Counted from the first letter of the stretch, positions 53,005-63,301 are shown. The stretch is 64,000 nucleotides of DNA from an uncultured Bacilli bacterium (GCA_934098435.1 CAKOOV010000001.1:118185-182184); one strand, 5' to 3'. Notes: generated from the letters alone by a model not told the origin. A program made the numbers and translations.

Positions 53005-53910
53005 GTGAAAATATTTGAATACTTTAGGAGAAAAAAAGTTGATAGTATTTTAGAAAGGGTTAATGCTAAAAATATTGGTAAGAGATATTTAATGCTTATT
53101 TCTGGTTGTTTGATTGTTGCATTTGCTTTTAATTTATTCTTTCTTAAATATGATATTGTTTGCTTTGGTGTTAGTGGTATTTCTATTGTTTTAAATGAAT
53201 TTGGTGTTAATCCTTCTATTTTTATTTTATTAGCAAATATATTTTTGATGATATTGGCTTATTTTGTACTTGGATTTGATAATATGAAAAATCAATTAGT
53301 TGGAGCTTTATCTTATCCTATATTTGTAGAAATTACTAGTTTTGTTACTAATAAAGTTGATTTAGGAAATACTGAACTTGTTGTTATTGCTATAATGGGT
53401 GGTGTATTTGCTGGTATTGGATATGGTCTTATATATAAAAGTGATTTTTCTACTGGGGGGACTGATGTTATTATAGAAATTATATCCAAATATGGTAAGA
53501 TATCTATGGGAAATGCTGGACTCATTGTTAATGGTATTATTGTTATTATTGGTAAAATAGTTTTTTCTTGGGATATTGTATTGTATGCTATACTTGTATC
53601 TTATTTAATATCTATATTTACTGATAAGGTTTTACTAGGAATTTCTAAAAGTAAAGTATTTTATATTGTTACTAATAAGAAAAATGATGATATAATTAAA
53701 GATTTTTTAATTTCTCTTCCTAATGTAGGGGCCACTGTAATTGATGCCGAGGGTGGTTATTCTAGTGATGATCAAACACTTTTACTAGCTGTTGTTCCTA
53801 CAAGAGAATATTTTATTGTTAAAGAGGGATTAAAGGAAATTGATAAGGATCTTTTCTTCTTAGTGTGTGATTCTTATGAAGTTAGTAATAATGGTGATTT
53901 ATATGAGTAA
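53005..53910 (+). CDS. YitT-family membrane protein (DUF2179 C-terminal domain)
   Basis: Multi-TM N-domain with STGGTD, and a C-terminal GATVIDAEGGYS ... VVPTREY. Confidence 0.75.
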   Translation: MKIFEYFRRKKVDSILERVNAKNIGKRYLMLISGCLIVAFAFNLFFLKYDIVCFGVSGISIVLNEFGVNPSIFILLANIFLMILAYFVLGFDNMKNQLVGALSYPIFVEITSFVTNKVDLGNTELVVIAIMGGVFAGIGYGLIYKSDFSTGGTDVIIEIISKYGKISMGNAGLIVNGIIVIIGKIVFSWDIVLYAILVSYLISIFTDKVLLGISKSKVFYIVTNKKNDDIIKDFLISLPNVGATVIDAEGGYSSDDQTLLLAVVPTREYFIVKEGLKEIDKDLFFLVCDSYEVSNNGDLYE

Positions 53911-54766
53911 TTTTAATGAATATATTTTAAATAATATTAAAAATAAGAATTTTTATAAGAATTTTTGCTTTTTTATGATTGGACTTTTTATTAATACTTT
54001 ATCTATTAATTTATTTTATATTCCTAACGATGTTGTTTCTACTGGTAGTACTGGGCTAGCTATTTTAGTTAATAATTTTATTAATATTCCTATCCCTTTA
54101 ATTGTATTTGTTATTTCATCAATTCTTTTGTTAATTGGTTTTATGGTTTTTGGGATGGAGTATGGTGCTAAAACAATATTAGGTACAATATTATTTCCTT
54201 TGTTTTTAGAAGGAACAAGTGTTATTAATAATTTTATTTCTTTTGATAATACTTCTTTGTTTCTTTTAATACTTATTGGTTCTGTTATTAATGGTGTTGG
54301 ATTTGGTTTGGTTAAAAGATCTGGGTATAGTATGGGGGGATTCTTTGTTTTATATGATCTTATGAGACGTAATTTTAAAATATCTGTTGGTAAATCTAGT
54401 TTGATATGTAATAGTCTTATTATTATATTTAGTGTCTTTATTTTTGGAATTGATAAATGTATTTATGCTCTTATTGCTATATATATTTCTACTTATGTTG
54501 GGGATAGAATTATGCTTGGTATATCTAGAAATAAAGCTTTTTATATTATTACTAATAAATCTAATCTTATTAAGGATTATATTATTAATAATCTTAATCA
54601 TACTGTTACTGTTGTTAATGCTAATGGTGGTTATACCGATAAGAAGAAAAAAATGCTTTTATGTGTTATCCCTACTACTGAATATACTAGACTTAAGGAA
54701 ATTATAAAGGAACTTGATAAGAATGCTTTCTTTTTAATTACTGATAGTTATTCAGTGTCTAAGTAA
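53903..54766 (+). CDS. YitT-family membrane protein, tandem paralogue
   Basis: Same architecture: STGSTG, TVTVVNANGGYT ... VIPTTEY. The start overlaps the upstream stop. Confidence 0.75.
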   Translation: MSNFNEYILNNIKNKNFYKNFCFFMIGLFINTLSINLFYIPNDVVSTGSTGLAILVNNFINIPIPLIVFVISSILLLIGFMVFGMEYGAKTILGTILFPLFLEGTSVINNFISFDNTSLFLLILIGSVINGVGFGLVKRSGYSMGGFFVLYDLMRRNFKISVGKSSLICNSLIIIFSVFIFGIDKCIYALIAIYISTYVGDRIMLGISRNKAFYIITNKSNLIKDYIINNLNHTVTVVNANGGYTDKKKKMLLCVIPTTEYTRLKEIIKELDKNAFFLITDSYSVSK

Positions 54767-54853
54767 TAGGAAAATTATGTAAAATTATGTGTAGGTATTT
54801 AAAAATAATATGAATAATGTTATAATATTATTTGCAGATATGGAGGAGTAGTT

Positions 54854-55549
54854 GTGGAATTAATTAGAGTTAATAATGTACAAAAAACTTATAAAACTGG
54901 TACTGTTGCTTTATATGATTTTAATCTTAGTATTAAAAAAGGTGAGTTTGTTTTTGTTATTGGTGCTAGTGGTAGTGGTAAGTCTACACTTATTAAGATG
55001 TTATATAGAGAAGAAAAACCTGATAAGGGTTCTATTATAATAGGTGGTATTGATGTTGCAAAACTTAAGAATAGAAAGGTATATGTATTAAGAAGAAAGC
55101 TTGGCGTTGTTTTTCAAGATTTTAAATTATTACCTAAACTTACTGTTTATGAAAATGTTGCATTTGCTATGGAAGTACTTGGATATGATAAAAAAGAAAT
55201 TCATAAGAGAGTAATGGAAGTTCTTAATTTAGTAGGACTTAAAAATAAAGTTAGACAATTTCCTGATCAGTTATCTGGCGGAGAGCAACAAAGGGTGGTT
55301 ATTGCTAGAGCTATAGTTAATAAGCCTAAACTTCTTATATGTGACGAGCCTACTGGTAATTTGGATCCTGATACTTCAATGGAAATTATGAAAGTACTTG
55401 ATAATATTAATGCATTGGGAACCACTATTATAATGGCTACTCATGATAGAGATATTGTTGATAGAATGAAAAAAAGAGTTATTGTATTAGATCATGGTAA
55501 ACTTGTTCGTGATATAGAGAAGGGAAGTTATAATAATGAAAGGGTTTAG
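54854..55549 (+). CDS. ftsE: Cell-division ABC ATPase FtsE
   Basis: GASGSGKST, LSGGEQQR and LLICDEPTGNLD. GTG start after GGAGG. Confidence 0.92.
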   Translation: MELIRVNNVQKTYKTGTVALYDFNLSIKKGEFVFVIGASGSGKSTLIKMLYREEKPDKGSIIIGGIDVAKLKNRKVYVLRRKLGVVFQDFKLLPKLTVYENVAFAMEVLGYDKKEIHKRVMEVLNLVGLKNKVRQFPDQLSGGEQQRVVIARAIVNKPKLLICDEPTGNLDPDTSMEIMKVLDNINALGTTIIMATHDRDIVDRMKKRVIVLDHGKLVRDIEKGSYNNERV

Positions 55550-56456
55550 AACTATTAATAGATATTTTAGGGATGCTTTTCATGGCGTTTTTAGAAATTT
55601 TTCATTGTCACTTGCTTCGATATCTTGTATAACTATAACATTAATAGTGGTTGCATTTAGTTTATTATTATCTATGAATGTCGAAAATTTTTCAGAATCT
55701 ATTAGAAAAGATGTTACTGTAGTAATGTTTCTTAAGAGTGATACTACTGCTGAAGATGTTAGTAAAATAAAGAAAGAATTAGAAAGCGTTTCAAATATTG
55801 AAAAGAGTACTATAGAATTTAAATCTAAAACTGATAGTGCACTTGAACTTAAAAAGGATAATGATATATTTGCTACTACAGTTGATAAATGGACAGAAGA
55901 AACAAACCCATTACTTGATAGTTATATGTTTAAGGTAAAGAATATTGAAGAAATAGATAACACTGTTAAAGAAGTTAATAATTTATCTTTTACTAAAGAT
56001 AAAATTAATAATATTAATTATGGTGAAGATATTGTTCATCAAATGATTGTTGTGTTTAATGTTGTTAAAAAAGTCTGCATTGTAGCGGTTGCTGCATTAG
56101 TGCTTGTAACGGCTTTCTTAATTGCTAATACTATTAAGCTTGCTATTTATTCTAGAAGAAGAGAAATAGAAATTATGAGACTTGTAGGAGCTTCTAATAC
56201 TTCTATTAAGGTACCATTTATTTTAGAGGGATTATTTATTGGTATTATTGGTTCTATTATACCTATAGTTATTACTATATTTGGATATTCTACTTTATAT
56301 GATTTCTTTGGTGGTAAGCTATTTGGTTCTGCTTTAGCGGCACTTATTGCTCCTATGCCATTTGTATATAATATTTCTGGTATACTTGTTTTAATTGGTA
56401 TATTAGTTGGTATGATAGGTAGTTATCAGGCTGTAAGGAAATACTTAAAAATATAG
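55536..56456 (+). CDS. ftsX: Cell-division ABC permease-like FtsX
   Basis: Overlaps the ftsE stop. One N-terminal TM, an extracellular domain, three C-terminal TM segments and EIEIMRLVGAS. Confidence 0.88.
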   Translation: MKGFRTINRYFRDAFHGVFRNFSLSLASISCITITLIVVAFSLLLSMNVENFSESIRKDVTVVMFLKSDTTAEDVSKIKKELESVSNIEKSTIEFKSKTDSALELKKDNDIFATTVDKWTEETNPLLDSYMFKVKNIEEIDNTVKEVNNLSFTKDKINNINYGEDIVHQMIVVFNVVKKVCIVAVAALVLVTAFLIANTIKLAIYSRRREIEIMRLVGASNTSIKVPFILEGLFIGIIGSIIPIVITIFGYSTLYDFFGGKLFGSALAALIAPMPFVYNISGILVLIGILVGMIGSYQAVRKYLKI

Positions 56457-56468
56457 TATTTCTTTTTT
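56438..56468 (+). repeat. Direct repeat copy 1 (ftsX last codons plus terminator hairpin)
   Basis: GAAATACTTAAAAATATAGTATTTCTTTTTT. Hairpin GAAATACT / AGTATTTC plus T6. Identical to 57379-57409. Confidence 0.9.
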
Positions 56469-56495
56469 GTTGTGCTAGTTATTTTTTATGTCGAT

Positions 56496-56524
56496 TTGAC
56501 AGATTAATAAAAGTATGATATAGT
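56496..56524 (+). promoter_or_regulatory. Near-consensus sigma-A promoter inside the repeat-bounded segment
   Basis: TTGACA, 17 nt, TATAGT with TG at the extended -10 position. It lies 30 nt upstream of the ORF at 56554. Confidence 0.6.
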
Positions 56525-56553
56525 AATGGCAATTTTCTGAAGGGGGAAATATT

Positions 56554-57348
56554 ATGGAAAAAGAAAAAAATATATTTTATAATTTGATTAGGAAAGAAGT
56601 TATAAAAAAAATTACATGTGGTTTAGGTGAAGTATCTGAGACTGATGATGCTATTGTCTGCTATGTGGATAAGAGTAAAATAGCTAAGGAAAAGGATGAA
56701 TATGTTATTGATTGTTATGGTTATAATGGAACTAATCTTGATTTAGCTAAAAAGTATAATATTAGTAAACCTATTTTTTATATTATTGATGATATTGATT
56801 TTAGTGATAGATTATGCACAGGTATATATGGATATAATGGTGTTACTATTGTTATTACTAATTGTAATTTTGGTGAATTAACTAATATTAGAAATGATGG
56901 TGCATGTAGATTATATTATTCTAAATTAAATAATTTGAATCTTTATACAGAAGATTTGGCTACTAATAGGGCTGATATTAGTGCATCAAAGCAAGTTGTT
57001 TTGTTTGCTAAGAAAATGAAATTGTTTAAAACAGGCATAACAAGTTCTAATGTAACAAAACTTTATGGTGATTTGACTTTATATTATACACATATTAATA
57101 GTAAAAATTGTAAATTTAGTTCAATTGGTACTATTAATGGTAATTCTAGTAGTGTTGAGGCTGAAGAAGTTTTTGATATTAAATGTAAAAATTTTGAAAG
57201 TGATCCTGAGCGTTATTTAGAGGTTACATCTTCTCGTATTATTTATAATAATTGTGAAGTTGGTAGCGGAAAAATGAGACTTACTAAAGATAAACAATTT
57301 TCTAATCCTGTTTTTGAAGTAATTAAAGATAATAAAAAAATAAGATAG
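56554..57348 (+). CDS. Hypothetical cytoplasmic protein (264 aa) with recurring N-C-x-F type motif
   Basis: GGGGGA RBS and no signal peptide. Recurring ITNCNFG, SKNCKFS, IKCKNFE and YNNCEVG suggest internal repeats. No family recognised. Confidence 0.5.
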   Translation: MEKEKNIFYNLIRKEVIKKITCGLGEVSETDDAIVCYVDKSKIAKEKDEYVIDCYGYNGTNLDLAKKYNISKPIFYIIDDIDFSDRLCTGIYGYNGVTIVITNCNFGELTNIRNDGACRLYYSKLNNLNLYTEDLATNRADISASKQVVLFAKKMKLFKTGITSSNVTKLYGDLTLYYTHINSKNCKFSSIGTINGNSSSVEAEEVFDIKCKNFESDPERYLEVTSSRIIYNNCEVGSGKMRLTKDKQFSNPVFEVIKDNKKIR

Positions 57349-57378
57349 ATAATGGTTATTAATTTATATAAATAAAAC

Positions 57379-57409
57379 GAAATACTTAAAAATATAGTAT
57401 TTCTTTTTT
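57379..57409 (+). repeat. Direct repeat copy 2 (terminator hairpin)
   Basis: 31/31 identical to 56438-56468. The next bases are also similar (T7 versus T6, then GTT). Confidence 0.9.
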
Positions 57410-57452
57410 TGTTATGTTATAATATATATGGATTAGAATGGGTGGTAAATTT

Positions 57453-58097
57453 ATGACGGAAGTATATTTAATTAGACATTCTGAAAAATATAGAAATTTT
57501 AACAATATTATAAACGATGATAGTTTTCAATTGTTTAATGAGAAAATAATTTTATCTATTAATGGAGAAATGTTGGCTAATAAACTTGCTAATATGGAAG
57601 AAATGAGTAATATAGATGTTGTGTTTGCTAGTAATTATGTTAGAAGTATTGGTACTGCTAAATATATTGCTTATAGAAATAAAATTGATGTTAATATTGA
57701 TAAAAATTTTGGTGAAAGAATATATGGTATTAATTCTATTGATGAAATTATGGATGATTTTAACGTTAAACAATGGAATGATATCGATTATAAGCTTCCT
57801 AATGGTGAGTCTAGAAGGGATGTTACTAATAGAATGTATAATGCACTTATTAGGGTTATTAGTGATTATAGGAATAAGAGAATTGCTATTGTTTCACATG
57901 GTACTGCTATTAGTTTTTTGCTTGATAAGTGGTGCGATGTATTTGTTAATTATAATAAGGATAATAAGATGAATACAAAAATTGTATTTAAAAATAGAAT
58001 TGTTTTTGATAATAATATTAGTGCTCCTTGTGTATTTAAAATTGTTTTTGATGATAATAATAATATTATAAGTATTAAAAATATAAATATCCACTAA
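57453..58097 (+). CDS. Histidine phosphatase (phosphoglycerate mutase-like) family protein
   Basis: VYLIRHSEK (RHG-type motif) and IVSHGTAI. Confidence 0.7.
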   Translation: MTEVYLIRHSEKYRNFNNIINDDSFQLFNEKIILSINGEMLANKLANMEEMSNIDVVFASNYVRSIGTAKYIAYRNKIDVNIDKNFGERIYGINSIDEIMDDFNVKQWNDIDYKLPNGESRRDVTNRMYNALIRVISDYRNKRIAIVSHGTAISFLLDKWCDVFVNYNKDNKMNTKIVFKNRIVFDNNISAPCVFKIVFDDNNNIISIKNINIH

Positions 58098-58645
58098 GAT
58101 GTGGATATTTTATGTATATAGTCATTTATACTATATTTATTTTCTATTGTATCATAGAATATATAATTATGTGGTGGATTATATGTTAAATAAATAAAGA
58201 ATATATAAATTGAGAATATTATTGGTACTGCTAATAAGTTTAGTACTTTTAATTTTTTTTCTTTTAGAAGGTTATAACTTATATATGCTTCTATTATATA
58301 TACTATTAGTAATAATAGTAATGATATTATTAGTTTTTCTCCTAATAATTTATATATTGGTATATATATTACTAGATATAGTGGTATGGAACTTATAGCG
58401 GTGAAATATAGTTGAAATGGAAAATTATTGTATTTAATATTATATTTATTTAATAAATATTTATCTATAAATCCATATATTAATGTTGATGTATATAGTA
58501 TTTTCATATGCTCCCATATGCTTTCATTTACCGGAAAGATGAATGAAAATATAATATTAGGAAATAAATCATACATAAAATGACTAATAAAAGATAATAT
58601 AAATATACCTAAAATAGAAATTGTTTTTATTTTTTTTAAGTTCAT
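58094..58645 (-). CDS. Hypothetical multi-pass membrane protein
   Basis: The ATG at 58645 follows GGAGG. About 5 hydrophobic segments. The longer ORF-track start lacks an RBS. Confidence 0.5.
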   Translation of the reverse strand: MNLKKIKTISILGIFILSFISHFMYDLFPNIIFSFIFPVNESIWEHMKILYTSTLIYGFIDKYLLNKYNIKYNNFPFQLYFTAISSIPLYLVIYIPIYKLLGEKLIISLLLLLIVYIIEAYISYNLLKEKKLKVLNLLAVPIIFSIYIFFIYLTYNPPHNYIFYDTIENKYSINDYIHKISTS

Positions 58646-58812
58646 GATGCCTCCTATTAATATTATATTATTAGTATTGGTAATTATTTTGAAAATATAT
58701 ACTTTAATTTTGAGATTATAAGCAATGTGACTGTGATGGGGGAGTGGGAAGAAATAAATAAAAAAGCCTTTATTTTTATGCACTTTTTTGGTAAAATAAT
58801 ATATGTGATGGT

Positions 58813-60060
58813 ATGAAAAAGATGTATATATTAGTTTTTATATTTTTTATTTTAATTTTATCTATTAGTATAGTGGGTAGTAGTATTGTATCTGGTGATA
58901 ACCGCATTAAAACTTATAAAGATATTTTTACTATTCAAAGTAATAAAGAGGTTTATTTTGATGGTTATGGTTATTCTATAGATAATCCTAATCTTATTGT
59001 TAATCCTTATGGTAATAGTCCTCTTACTGCTATTATTATGTTTGATACTAATGATTATAGTGAAGTTTCTATAACTATTAAAGGAAAAGATGATAATAGT
59101 GACATTAATTATACTTTTTCTTCTAATAAACATCATTTGATACCTATATATGGTTTGTATGCTGATTATGATAATACTGTTATTATTAGAAGCGAAAATA
59201 AAGAAAAAGTTATTAATATTAAAACTGATGCTTTACCTTTGGATTTTAAATTTGTGAATGATATTGGTAGTGATACTTTTTCTTTTTATAATGGTAATTA
59301 TCCTTATGCTGTTGATATAAATAATGATGTTAGATGGTATCTTAATAGTAATTATTATGGTAATATTACTTTTCTTTCTGATTCTAAAATAATTATTGGT
59401 AATGATAAATATAATGAGGATGGTACTACTACTGGGATTTATGAAATGAATTTACTTGGTAAGATATATAATGAGTATTTATTAAGTAATTCTTATTATG
59501 GTTATAACACTTTATATAAGGATAATATATTGGTATTAAGTGATAAGGTAGTATGTATTGATATTCAAACTGGTGAGGTTATAGATAAATTATTTGATAA
59601 TGATAATTATGATTATATTGATATTTATGATGATAGTATTATTGTACACAATGAAGGTGGTTTTTATAAATATTTTGATGGAAAGTTTGATAATATAGAT
59701 TATGTTTATAATATAACTTCTTTTAATTTATATAATGACACTAATAATTATAAAATTGTTCCTCCTAAAAGATATGGTATACTTAATAAGACTAAGACTA
59801 GTGATAAGAGGATATCCTTAATTAGATATGATGAAAGAGATTTAAAGGATATTGATATTTCTATGGATAACGAGAGAATTACTGTGATTTCTAAGGGTTC
59901 TGACAATGTATATGTTATTTTTGATAAGCTATTTGATAAGAAAATATATGAGGTTAGTGGCACCAAATATATTAATAATACTGATTTTAATGGTAAGTAT
60001 ACTATTTATTATAGTATTAATGATAAGGTATATAAAACTAATTATTATATAGAGGTATAG
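58813..60060 (+). CDS. Secreted arylsulfotransferase (ASST)-like beta-propeller family protein
   Basis: Signal peptide. VNPYGNSPLTAIIMFDT ... ITIKGKDD ... HHLIPIYGLYADYDNTVII resembles the ASST N-terminal domain pattern from memory. Confidence 0.45.
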   Translation: MKKMYILVFIFFILILSISIVGSSIVSGDNRIKTYKDIFTIQSNKEVYFDGYGYSIDNPNLIVNPYGNSPLTAIIMFDTNDYSEVSITIKGKDDNSDINYTFSSNKHHLIPIYGLYADYDNTVIIRSENKEKVINIKTDALPLDFKFVNDIGSDTFSFYNGNYPYAVDINNDVRWYLNSNYYGNITFLSDSKIIIGNDKYNEDGTTTGIYEMNLLGKIYNEYLLSNSYYGYNTLYKDNILVLSDKVVCIDIQTGEVIDKLFDNDNYDYIDIYDDSIIVHNEGGFYKYFDGKFDNIDYVYNITSFNLYNDTNNYKIVPPKRYGILNKTKTSDKRISLIRYDERDLKDIDISMDNERITVISKGSDNVYVIFDKLFDKKIYEVSGTKYINNTDFNGKYTIYYSINDKVYKTNYYIEV

Positions 60061-60063
60061 TAT

Positions 60064-61272
60064 ATGGATAGAATTATTTTACATATTGATGTTAATAATG
60101 CTTTTCTTAGCTGGACTGCTGTTAAGATGCTTAAGAGTGGTTATAAATACGATATTAGAAATAGATATGCTATTATTGGAGGAGATGAGTCACAAAGAAG
60201 AGGTATAGTGCTGGCTAAGAGTAATCTTTGTAAGAAGCGAGGTGTTGTTACTGCAGAAGCTATTTATTCCGCTAGAAGAAAATGTCCTTATCTAGAAGTT
60301 TATAAACCTGATTATTCTTTTTATAAGTATTGTTCTGATAAAATGTATGAATATTTATGTACATATACTGATATTATTGAAAGATATTCTATTGATGAAT
60401 GTTTTCTTGATTATACTAATAGTGCTTCTTTATTTGGCGATCCGGTGAAGGTTGCTTATAAGATTAAAGATGATATTTATAGAATGTTTGGTTTTACTGT
60501 CAATGTTGGGGTTGGTAATAATAAGTTATTAGCTAAGATGGCTTCTGACTTTGAAAAGCCTAATAGGGTACATACTTTATTTTATAATGAAGTTGAAAAA
60601 AAGATGTATCCCTTGCCTGTAAGTGATTTGTTTATGATTGGTAAGGCTAGCAGTAAGAAACTAGATGAGATGGGTATTAAAACTATTGAAGAACTTGCTA
60701 ATATGCCTTGCGATACTTTGATTAAGAAATTTAAATCGATGGGTAAGATGATGCATGAATATGCTAATGGTATTGATAATAGTCCAGTTTATTATGAAAG
60801 AGAAGAGGCTAAAAGTATTTCTTCTTCAACAGTACTTCCATATAATTATCACGATATTAATATGATTAATGAGGTTATTATGAATTTATCGATGGAGGTA
60901 GGAAGAAAATTAAGAAACAATAATAAATATACTGATACTGTTGGTATTTGGTTTAAATATAACTATTTTGATAAACTTAGTAAACAAGAAAAACTAGATG
61001 TTAGTATCTCAACTGATGAGGAAATCTATAAGATTGCTTCTAGAATATTTAATGGTATTTGGAATCATGATGATGGTATTAGAAGTATATGTGTATTTAT
61101 TAGTGGTTTTTCTAATGAAAGAAAGAAACAGTTATCTATATTTGATGTTTCTTCTGATGATAGTTATGATATAAAGAGGGATGATAAACTTCAAAGTGTT
61201 ATAGATGATATTAGGGATAAATATGGTAATAATGTTATTGGTTATGGTAGTAATAACAACGATAAAGGGTAG
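60064..61272 (+). CDS. Y-family (UmuC/DinB-like) translesion DNA polymerase
   Basis: ILHIDVNNAFLSW, SIDECFLD, VGVGNNKLLAKMASD and the little-finger region. Confidence 0.85.
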   Translation: MDRIILHIDVNNAFLSWTAVKMLKSGYKYDIRNRYAIIGGDESQRRGIVLAKSNLCKKRGVVTAEAIYSARRKCPYLEVYKPDYSFYKYCSDKMYEYLCTYTDIIERYSIDECFLDYTNSASLFGDPVKVAYKIKDDIYRMFGFTVNVGVGNNKLLAKMASDFEKPNRVHTLFYNEVEKKMYPLPVSDLFMIGKASSKKLDEMGIKTIEELANMPCDTLIKKFKSMGKMMHEYANGIDNSPVYYEREEAKSISSSTVLPYNYHDINMINEVIMNLSMEVGRKLRNNNKYTDTVGIWFKYNYFDKLSKQEKLDVSISTDEEIYKIASRIFNGIWNHDDGIRSICVFISGFSNERKKQLSIFDVSSDDSYDIKRDDKLQSVIDDIRDKYGNNVIGYGSNNNDKG

Positions 61273-61280
61273 GTACAAGT

Positions 61281-63284
61281 ATGGAATATAGTAATATGAG
61301 TTGTTTAGAAATTGTTAATGTACTTAAATATAAAAGTGATAAGGAAAAAACTGCTATTTTAAGTACTCCAGTTATAAAAGATAAATTAAAAAAAGAACTA
61401 TTAAAAGAAGCTGCTATGGGAAATGCTTATTATAATTTTAGAAATATTATTAATGTTCTTTCTTTGAATTATATATTTGATAATTTTGATTATGATGATA
61501 TACATGAAGCATTTAAAAAGCTTAGTTATAAGGATTTTTCTAATTATAATGGTATAGATGATAATATTTCTTTTGAAATTAATAATAGTGAAATTAGAAA
61601 TAGTAATGAATATAAATTCTTTGTTGTATTATGTGAAAATGATATCAATAATACTATTTTGTGGATTTTACAAAATGATAATCTTTTTAAAGAATTTTTT
61701 ATGAAGGCAGATAATTTTTATTCAATGTTTTGTGATCTTGATTATGATCTTATTGTAAAAATTATTTATAAACTAGATGAATATCGCGATTATTTTCATG
61801 ATAATGGTTATGATTTTTTATCTTTAATTAATAAAGATAATCAAAGGGCGCTATTAGGAGAAAATTTTAGTGATGATATTATTCTGAGACTTATTGGTTA
61901 TTTTAATATTGATACTCTATCTTACTTTTTTTTAAATGATCAGAGAAGTATTGATTTATTTGAAAAAATTCCTAATATAAATGGCTATATTAATTCTGGT
62001 GTTAAGTTTAATGATAGTATTTTATCTAGTCAGCGTTTTTTTAATAGACTAAAAAGTAGTAGTTTTGTCATTTTTAGAAAAAATATTAATACTGTTGAAA
62101 CTTATAATAATCCTATTATGATAGAGCAAAAACTTAAAAAATATTATGATGAGTTAATTTCTTCATATGATAGTGAGGAAGATATGTTTGGTGAATATTG
62201 GGATGTTTTGAATAATCCTTCATTACTTCATAATTATTATAATAAAGATACTTTTATTTTTTCTTATGATATTGTGCTTTTATTTGAAAAATATTTGAGT
62301 TGTGACGATAATGATAATTTATATTTTAAAGATAGGGATGCACTTATCCAAATTCTTAAAATGGAAACTAGTAAGAAAATTAGTGAAGTTGTTATTGATG
62401 CTCTGTTTTCTGATAATATTTATAATGTTGGGATTAATATTAGGGAAATGATTAGGTATAATAATAAATTAGATAAAAATGATAAGGTTTTAGATGACGA
62501 TAGAGTGGCTTTTTATAAAATGATTCTTGACTTTGATAATATTTCTTCAAAAGATAAGATTAAGCTATTTAATGAGCTTAAAGATAGGAATTTTAGTTTG
62601 ACTTTTTATGATGATTTAAGAAAATTAAAAGATGTATCTTATGACATGATTAAGAATGATTTACTAGATTTGTCTAAGTATAGTGATAAAGTTTCTTCTA
62701 TTGATTGTGAAAGAACGCAATGTCTTGTTTATGATTTGAGAGATAGTAAGTATACTATGCTTGTTAGAAGCAAGTTTCCACATAAAGATAAAAGTAATAA
62801 AAGAAGAAACTGTTATTCTATTATATCTGATGAGAATAATAATACTTTTGAACAAGGAGAAGATAATGATAAGATAATATATGGATATAATTCTTTCCTT
62901 AACGATAGGGTTATTCATATGCTTGAACAAGATGCTTTTAGTAGTGATGCATATAATGATAATAAAGATGTTAGTAACTATGTAAATAGAATTGTTTCAA
63001 AAGATGAACTTGTTCTTGGCAGTGATTGTTATAGTGAGGTTGAACTTGTTAATATACAAGATGAAAATGGCAAATATATTAATCAAAATCCAGATTTTAT
63101 TGTTGTTTATGATAATATAAGAGACATTGATATCGCTGAGAGTAAGAGACTTAATATTCCTATTGTTATTATTAGAAAGAATATATTAGATAAGAATAAG
63201 AGAATTGATATGGAATTTGATAGAGAAAAGGATAGATATGTTAATTCTTCAAGCGATGAGGTTGTTAGTAGAAAATTTAGATAA
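61281..63284 (+). CDS. Hypothetical 667-aa protein, no recognised domain
   Basis: Long uninterrupted ORF 8 nt after the polymerase stop. N/D/K-rich. No motif recognised. Confidence 0.5.
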   Translation: MEYSNMSCLEIVNVLKYKSDKEKTAILSTPVIKDKLKKELLKEAAMGNAYYNFRNIINVLSLNYIFDNFDYDDIHEAFKKLSYKDFSNYNGIDDNISFEINNSEIRNSNEYKFFVVLCENDINNTILWILQNDNLFKEFFMKADNFYSMFCDLDYDLIVKIIYKLDEYRDYFHDNGYDFLSLINKDNQRALLGENFSDDIILRLIGYFNIDTLSYFFLNDQRSIDLFEKIPNINGYINSGVKFNDSILSSQRFFNRLKSSSFVIFRKNINTVETYNNPIMIEQKLKKYYDELISSYDSEEDMFGEYWDVLNNPSLLHNYYNKDTFIFSYDIVLLFEKYLSCDDNDNLYFKDRDALIQILKMETSKKISEVVIDALFSDNIYNVGINIREMIRYNNKLDKNDKVLDDDRVAFYKMILDFDNISSKDKIKLFNELKDRNFSLTFYDDLRKLKDVSYDMIKNDLLDLSKYSDKVSSIDCERTQCLVYDLRDSKYTMLVRSKFPHKDKSNKRRNCYSIISDENNNTFEQGEDNDKIIYGYNSFLNDRVIHMLEQDAFSSDAYNDNKDVSNYVNRIVSKDELVLGSDCYSEVELVNIQDENGKYINQNPDFIVVYDNIRDIDIAESKRLNIPIVIIRKNILDKNKRIDMEFDREKDRYVNSSSDEVVSRKFR

Positions 63285-63301
63285 ATGGGAGATGTTTTTA
63301 T

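Noticed and set aside
61281-63284. Downstream partner of the Y-family polymerase, considered as a UmuD/LexA-like or YqjX-like accessory protein.
   Set aside because: No S24 peptidase Ser-Lys dyad context or HTH was recognisable. The size (667 aa) is far larger than those proteins, so it is kept as unknown.
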